This document shows, piece after piece, positions 59,201 to 64,000 of a stretch of DNA of 64,000 bases. Location of the stretch: positions 2,272,001-2,336,000 of the forward strand of contig OY969767.1 of assembly GCA_963702895.1 (NCBI GenBank), written 5' to 3'. This DNA comes from an uncultured Elusimicrobia bacterium (lineage in GTDB: Bacteria; Elusimicrobiota; Elusimicrobia; 2-01-FULL-59-12). The position numbers and the translations under genes are program-made. The notes below the pieces were generated by a model. The model was not told the DNA's origin and ran no database searches. It worked only from the letters and a program-made list of their open reading frames with translations. Every line of letters begins with the position of its first letter. Within the stretch, counting starts at the first letter, position 1.

Positions 59201-62200
59201 GACCGCCATGCTCGGCACCGTGCCGCCATCCAGGTACGGGAAGACGCTGACTTCCCACAAACCGGGCGTGATGCCCGGGATGACGTAACTGCCGTCCGCC
59301 TGGATCGCACCGTATTTGATGTCGGCGCCAAAAAAGGAGCTGTCGAATCCTCTCCGGCTGGCCCCGCCATACGAATGGAACTGCTTCGGGAAAGCTTCCA
59401 CGCGCGCGGTGGGAACGATCACGGGAATGCCGTTGATATAGAAATATTGTGTGGTCGCGTTCGACAGGAGCTCACTGATCGTATTGATCGTGACGGGTGT
59501 TCCGCTGGTCGGGGTGACGGTGAACGGCGACTGGATCGTCACGCTGCCGCTGATCACATAGGTCGGCGCGCTCAGATCAAGCTCCAGGGTGCTCGTCTGG
59601 CCATTCACGACCGCGATGGAGCGCCGCATGTGGGCGCCTGTTGTTCCATAAACGGCCGTGACATCGAAGAATCCGCTCCCAAGACGTGGAAGGGCGTAGG
59701 TCGCGCCGGCGGCCGCCACGCTGGTGCTGATCATCGGTCCGTTGACGGAGATGAACACCTGGTTGTAATCCACGCTGCCGCCGGGCAGCGTGATCGAACC
59801 GCCGATTTGGCCCGTATTTTCAGTGAGGAGCAAGTTCAATGTTCCAACACCGCCTGTGACGGTCGCGGATTTGGGGCCTGGGGGCGTCAGTTCAAAACCA
59901 GACACATAGGGTGGGTAGACCTGGTAGGTGCCGTCCGCCAGGCCGCCAATCTGATAAGAGCCGCTGGTGGAGGTGGCGCTCGTCGCGAGCGTCACCTGCG
60001 CGAATTCGCCGGAACCCAGCGACGGCGAATAAGCGTTGATCCAGAGGGACAGGCTTGGGGAGGCCGAGGTATCACCTTGCACCGTGATGGTGCCCGAGAT
60101 CTTGCCTCCCGTACTGAAGCTCGTGCTGGGGATGTCGAGACCACCGTTGATGAAATCGCCGATATCACTTCCGGTGACCGTGGTGGAAACGACGACGGGC
60201 AGGTACCCCTGGGCACGGATTTTGAACGAATAGTTGCCGGCGGGCACGTTATAAACCTGAAAGATGGCCGTGGATTGGCCGATCTCAAAATACGCGCCGC
60301 CCCATACCATCGGGGAGGTTTGGCCGGAGAGGATGCCTTCGACTGGAACCCACATGGAGTGATCGGTTGCCGCGGGCAGGGTGATCAGGCCAAAGACGTT
60401 GGCGGGACGCGTCAGGTTAAACACGGGCACATCGACCGTTTCCCCGGCGCTGACCGTCACCGTTTGCTGCATCGGCGGGAAGCTCGGCATGTGGAGCCGC
60501 ACCGTATAGGAGCCGGGCTGCGCGGCGATGATCGTCCACGTCGACGGATTGAAATAGTCCCCGTTGTCCGAGGTTGTGGAGCTCATCTGGAAACGGATGG
60601 AGCTCCAATAATTTTGTGAATAGTCCGCCGTATACGCATTCACCTGGCCAAAGAGCTGGAAGGGAGCGGCCTGGCTCAAGGTTGCCGCGACGCGGATTTT
60701 GGCCGGCCGGCTCACCGTGATATCCGCCGTGGCGGACGGCGCGGTGATGTTGAAAAGAGAGCCGGATACGGCGCTCATCGTATTCGGGTCGTAGAAGGAG
60801 ACTTGAAGGTGATAAGCTTGTCCGCTGGTCAGACCGTTGATCGAATAATTACCATTTCCATCGGTCATGGCCCCGCCAAAACCATAGCCGGATGTCGCAT
60901 TGGCATTGACCCAGACGTTCGCCATGGGGGTGGCGCCCAGTCGCACTTTCCCTGAGATGCTCGCACCCGAAACCGTGATGGACAAGCTGGTGTCCGGCGG
61001 CATGCCGGGGACCTCCATTCGCACCTGGTAGACGCCATTCGGAACAATCGCACTTCCAGACGGGCCAAACATGTTTCGGCCATCCCACTGCATGGTCCCG
61101 AACGGATCCCCCGTCCCCCAGCGCTCATAGACCCGGGTCACGAAGTTGTCGCTGGAGATTCGCACGCGCCAGGAGATGTCGTCGTCCGACGGCGTAAAGC
61201 GGATGAAGACATAGTCGTTCTCGCCGTCATTGTTGGGAGTGAGTGTAAAGGTGCTGGTCCCGGACCCCGCCATGCCGCTGTCCAGCGACGCGTCGGAGAA
61301 CGTGACAGCAGAGCTGAACACATGGACTTGCCTGGAAACGGAGGTGGGATGGCCGAACTGGATATCCAGATAGCTGGCGCGGATCGAAAGGTTGGTGCCC
61401 ACCGTGTTGGTCCGGTAGAAGAAGGAGCTTTGCGTGGCTCCCGTGGACAAGGTGACGGACGTGATCAGCGCCGAAAAGTCCGACGTTGCGGAAAACTCCG
61501 CGTTCGGATCGGTCGTGATATAGTCCGGCAGCAGTCCACTCAAGTCCATGACCACCGACCCCGCCACGGGAGCGATACTCCAGCAGCTTGACCGGCCTGT
61601 GACGGTAATCGTGGAGGAAGCCAGCCCGCTCACCACCGACAGGGGTTCCTGAGGCGTGAAGGAAATGCTGGCGGCGGTCGATACGATGATGGATTGCGCC
61701 GGCTGCGTGACGATATTCTGGAATGAGGCGCCCCCGGCCGAACGGCTGGACACTGTCCAATAGACCGTCGACTGCCCTGGAAGAGGGCACGGGCTCCACA
61801 ACCTGGAAATGAAGACCTGAATCGTGGCGCCGGCGGCGAGGGTCTGTCCGCTGTCCAGGGTCACCGCGACCGAAGCATCCGACATGGAGGGGGTCAGGGC
61901 GAGCGTTCTGGAAGGATTGCTCGCGGCCGCGACATGGCCCGGCATTCCCGGACTGGTCGTCTGTAAATACGGCCCCCATCCAAAGGGAAGCTGCACTTGG
62001 ACCCCGCCACCCGGGAAATAGTTGCCGCTGGGCACAATAAAGGTCATGGTCGCCGTTTGAACCATCGCGCCTTCCGCAAGGCTGGCCGGTACAAGGGTGG
62101 CCGCACCCTCTCCGGCGGAAATGCCGCCGGGGGATAACGTCCTCGTGCTGGCGATCGTTAGAAAATTCGTGGGGATACCATCTCCATTCCTGGCCCGAAC

Positions 62201-64000
62201 ACGGACGTAATAGGTGGTGAGCGGCGACAAATTGGTCAGCGTCGTCGTATTGGCCGTAAGCGCGGCGGCGAAGGTTACGGGCGTGCTCAGGCCCACCGTA
62301 AAGGAGCTATCAAGGGCCATGGAAATCTCATAGGGCGTATGATCGGGGTTGCTGCTCGTGCTCCACTTCACCGTGAAGGAGCTGGATCCGACGTCGGAAA
62401 CGGGAGTCATCGCCACCGCAGGCGTGTTCGCAAGCGTATAGACGGTCTTGCTGCTGGAAGGGCCCGTCTCCGTCCCGCCCGACCAGGCGGTGACCACGCG
62501 GCTATGGGACGAGTTGGAGACCAGACTGTTCTCCATATAGATCAGCGCGGCAAGATCGGTCGCAACGATCGTCGGGCTGGTCGCGTAGTACAGGGTATAG
62601 CCGGTGGCGCTCGGAGAGAGGTTCCAGGACCATTGGATGGAGGTCACGGCATTCGACACGCCCGTCAGGCCGGACGGAGGCGGCAGGCCGGCGCTCCACT
62701 GAATAAGGTTCGCCGTATCAAACCGTTCATTCGCATCCCCCGCGAGTGAGCCATTGGCGATGTAGTGGGTCCAGGACAACCCGACGCTCGATCCTAGGAT
62801 GGTAAAGTTGTAATTGGCATCGTTGAGCCGGGAGTTGCGATACGTGACGTTATCGAGGGTGATGGTGGACTCCGTGACATCCATCAGGGTGATCAAGGTG
62901 CTGGTGGACGATTGACCGGTTCCACTGAAGTCAAACGTGCTGTGCTCAATGGCGAAGGGGCCTGAACCGGACAACCAGATCCCCTGCTCGTCCATATTGG
63001 TGATGCTGGCGTAGCGCACGATAAAGGTGCCCGAATCGACGAAGCTGTAGTAGGTGCTGCCGGCGTCCAGGCCCCCCATGACGGAGGGATTGCTCATGGT
63101 GCCCGAGAGCTCAAAGGAGCCCGTTGGATCAATGGTGATTTTTGAGCGGCCGTTATTGAGTGAAGGCGCCACCGGCCCGAAAGTCATTTTTTTGCCGATG
63201 CCTGGATCGCTGGAGGCGCCCACCAGCAGAAATTCAACGCGGTCGTTGGCTTGGGGCGTGCCGGGGGTGAAGCTCAAGTAAAACTGCGGGTTCGCCGAAG
63301 GGATGGGCAGGCCGGATTGAGTACCCATGAAACTTCGCATGAAGCCGCTGATGCTTCCGGACACATTCCAAACGGCGCCCGTGTAGACGATGGTGATCCA
63401 CTGCGTCGTCGCGGTCAAGTCCTCCGTGGTGTCGATGCTCGCGGTGTGAATGCCTTGCGTGGCGATGGGATAGAAGGCGAACGAGCCATAGGTGGGTGAG
63501 GATGCGGCGACGGTGAGGGTCTCGCCGGAGATTTTTCGATAGCCCTGGAAACGGATGTTGCCATTGGAGCCATTCTGGTTGAACGACGTGATCCAGCTGT
63601 CTGGAATAGACAGGCCGGAAGAGTCAATCCCCGAGGCGGGATTGATCTTGGCCCCATGGAGTGTAAGACGTGAAGAAGACGAATTGCCAAAGCTGATTTC
63701 GGCCAGCGCATTCGCCGAGGCTGTTTCAATGGGCGTATAACCCAGCTTTCCCCCGACCCAGTCAATCGTTTGACCTCCGTCACTATAGAACCCGTACCCC
63801 GAATTCCCATAGACCGCGTTATTCCAGAACCCGTTTTGATTTCCAGAGATAAGCTTGATGCCGTCCGTGACCTTTGTGATGTCGTTGGAGGTCACGATAT
63901 TCCGGACCGCCGTCTCCAGATGAAGGCCGTCCTGCGTCATCACGCGGATGGTATTGGAAGAAACGAGATTATCGCCTGCGCCAAAAAGACCGATTCCGCC
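56273..64000 (-). CDS. Giant surface protein (>2570 aa, 5'-truncated by window): beta-helix-like, FN3, carboxypeptidase-regulatory-like repeats, FlgD-Ig/T9SS-like C-terminal domain
   Basis: Frame open to 64000; LSPLTTYYVRVRARN (FN3); HFSTF; FNFPNPF...WDGKNDSGNNVASGVY...KMAVIK. Confidence 0.88.
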   Translation of the reverse strand, partial: GGIGLFGAGDNLVSSNTIRVMTQDGLHLETAVRNIVTSNDITKVTDGIKLISGNQNGFWNNAVYGNSGYGFYSDGGQTIDWVGGKLGYTPIETASANALAEISFGNSSSSRLTLHGAKINPASGIDSSGLSIPDSWITSFNQNGSNGNIRFQGYRKISGETLTVAASSPTYGSFAFYPIATQGIHTASIDTTEDLTATTQWITIVYTGAVWNVSGSISGFMRSFMGTQSGLPIPSANPQFYLSFTPGTPQANDRVEFLLVGASSDPGIGKKMTFGPVAPSLNNGRSKITIDPTGSFELSGTMSNPSVMGGLDAGSTYYSFVDSGTFIVRYASITNMDEQGIWLSGSGPFAIEHSTFDFSGTGQSSTSTLITLMDVTESTITLDNVTYRNSRLNDANYNFTILGSSVGLSWTHYIANGSLAGDANERFDTANLIQWSAGLPPPSGLTGVSNAVTSIQWSWNLSPSATGYTLYYATSPTIVATDLAALIYMENSLVSNSSHSRVVTAWSGGTETGPSSSKTVYTLANTPAVAMTPVSDVGSSSFTVKWSTSSNPDHTPYEISMALDSSFTVGLSTPVTFAAALTANTTTLTNLSPLTTYYVRVRARNGDGIPTNFLTIASTRTLSPGGISAGEGAATLVPASLAEGAMVQTATMTFIVPSGNYFPGGGVQVQLPFGWGPYLQTTSPGMPGHVAAASNPSRTLALTPSMSDASVAVTLDSGQTLAAGATIQVFISRLWSPCPLPGQSTVYWTVSSRSAGGASFQNIVTQPAQSIIVSTAASISFTPQEPLSVVSGLASSTITVTGRSSCWSIAPVAGSVVMDLSGLLPDYITTDPNAEFSATSDFSALITSVTLSTGATQSSFFYRTNTVGTNLSIRASYLDIQFGHPTSVSRQVHVFSSAVTFSDASLDSGMAGSGTSTFTLTPNNDGENDYVFIRFTPSDDDISWRVRISSDNFVTRVYERWGTGDPFGTMQWDGRNMFGPSGSAIVPNGVYQVRMEVPGMPPDTSLSITVSGASISGKVRLGATPMANVWVNANATSGYGFGGAMTDGNGNYSINGLTSGQAYHLQVSFYDPNTMSAVSGSLFNITAPSATADITVSRPAKIRVAATLSQAAPFQLFGQVNAYTADYSQNYWSSIRFQMSSTTSDNGDYFNPSTWTIIAAQPGSYTVRLHMPSFPPMQQTVTVSAGETVDVPVFNLTRPANVFGLITLPAATDHSMWVPVEGILSGQTSPMVWGGAYFEIGQSTAIFQVYNVPAGNYSFKIRAQGYLPVVVSTTVTGSDIGDFINGGLDIPSTSFSTGGKISGTITVQGDTSASPSLSLWINAYSPSLGSGEFAQVTLATSATSTSGSYQIGGLADGTYQVYPPYVSGFELTPPGPKSATVTGGVGTLNLLLTENTGQIGGSITLPGGSVDYNQVFISVNGPMISTSVAAAGATYALPRLGSGFFDVTAVYGTTGAHMRRSIAVVNGQTSTLELDLSAPTYVISGSVTIQSPFTVTPTSGTPVTINTISELLSNATTQYFYINGIPVIVPTARVEAFPKQFHSYGGASRRGFDSSFFGADIKYGAIQADGSYVIPGITPGLWEVSVFPYLDGGTVPSMAVTRQTLTITAGNKTDIDFGLTAGNSVGGTISLPGGATDHRTFEVIIVTDRGDYVQSSSLQIGSAGSPASSVAYLFKNLPSGNYALIIRDPGTWDPSLMQMTRKYSAKPATFEIDGADIPALNITLARASRIIGKLSILGKTPDGEPVSTLVTPNNITVLPNNFRIAAMANPWVEGGYQEASMSTSSTGFHVDINASNQFHIDGLVPGTYDVQFRQDSFGAAFVGEGSVSLASYVKGQLIVTEGQVTDLGTIELKQGLSLTGTVEDTSGNALPNIRVRARPSGKHDYSNEAETFTDTAGQFTLSGINPDLKSYDIIAAPRPWIGDTTPPSAYGQVIKKAVDVTQTPLPTVAFTLEGANASLSGQVLTMDSGPLGYPDGDKEQGYPAAAIYLQKQGVPTAGDNPLGDIQAASNLDGSFSITSLVPGRYDVQVVSLNYKPHKFAFTIEAGSNNAGTITLQVGAILNTTLQKTDGSDVSSEDVEFAVAVTADLGTIIFGQISKDEHTRTIRSIRFSGFDSTKRYSVLLFDNRDNITSPNEGRNLAFSSDSEEKNLTLTYQPSAPTAYVQVKKVGSAVEATFYLSRALRNVLPADNDMASLLTVTAGNGALSSFAIGGDRRTMSVLYTPPAEEQTATLRLSGSAVDIDPSTGNEFPITKSVILRFGQRASAEQNINPVLGGEVTLAESAGDPSGVDLPANALLDEEGAAVDADASYGISFTATEDAADLPAQAPGMRAGRGARAAALGVQLARGEAAYVPEAYQAMKAAHASATINPLSSFYSVLLPAGLSHTLNQSATLTLQYDTGADPSAINIYYFDGSKYLIENANRTIDAVNRTITVNVSHFSTFVVLQNSLPVVITDGDSGSAADIKVFNFPNPFDLTAKTKTLNHGGSTSTMDTTGTIVRYLLPAGKGGRAHLDIFNVVGEKVRSIDLGNASEDIYHYVAWDGKNDSGNNVASGVYVGLLKVGDHKKTWKMAVIK

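Overview
GC-rich, mostly minus-strand core-genome window from a diderm bacterium. Elusimicrobiota is my best guess, inferred from gene content and not verified. Housekeeping blocks: rlmB-cysS-ispF-ispD-PIN/TRAM-radA-mlaDFE-alr-dnaB-rplI-rpsR-ssb-rpsF-ftsB; eno-PGM-response regulator-GDP-mannose pyrophosphorylase/PMM; PBP1A; ppdK; fixCX; an SF1 helicase; csp; an aas/MFS pair; TetR-DUF2339-DUF3999; typA. It also holds two IS elements (IS1380- and IS4-family) and a PorV-like gene coupled to a >2,570-aa surface protein that runs off the right edge. The top candidate for a novel system is a stand-alone five-gene 'minimal rotary motor' operon at 26.0-30.2 kb. It encodes one polypeptide fusing signal peptide, FliF ring (RBM3-like) domain, TM, FliG-M/C and TPR, followed by FlbD, an uncalled 56-aa membrane peptide, MotA and MotB, with no other flagellar genes nearby. 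The second theme is at least five families of palindromic or short-period repeats. Many sit in-frame inside housekeeping proteins, and one forms the linker of a two-enzyme fusion. No CRISPR, rRNA or tRNA was seen. All calls are by eye from sequence motifs; no searches were run.
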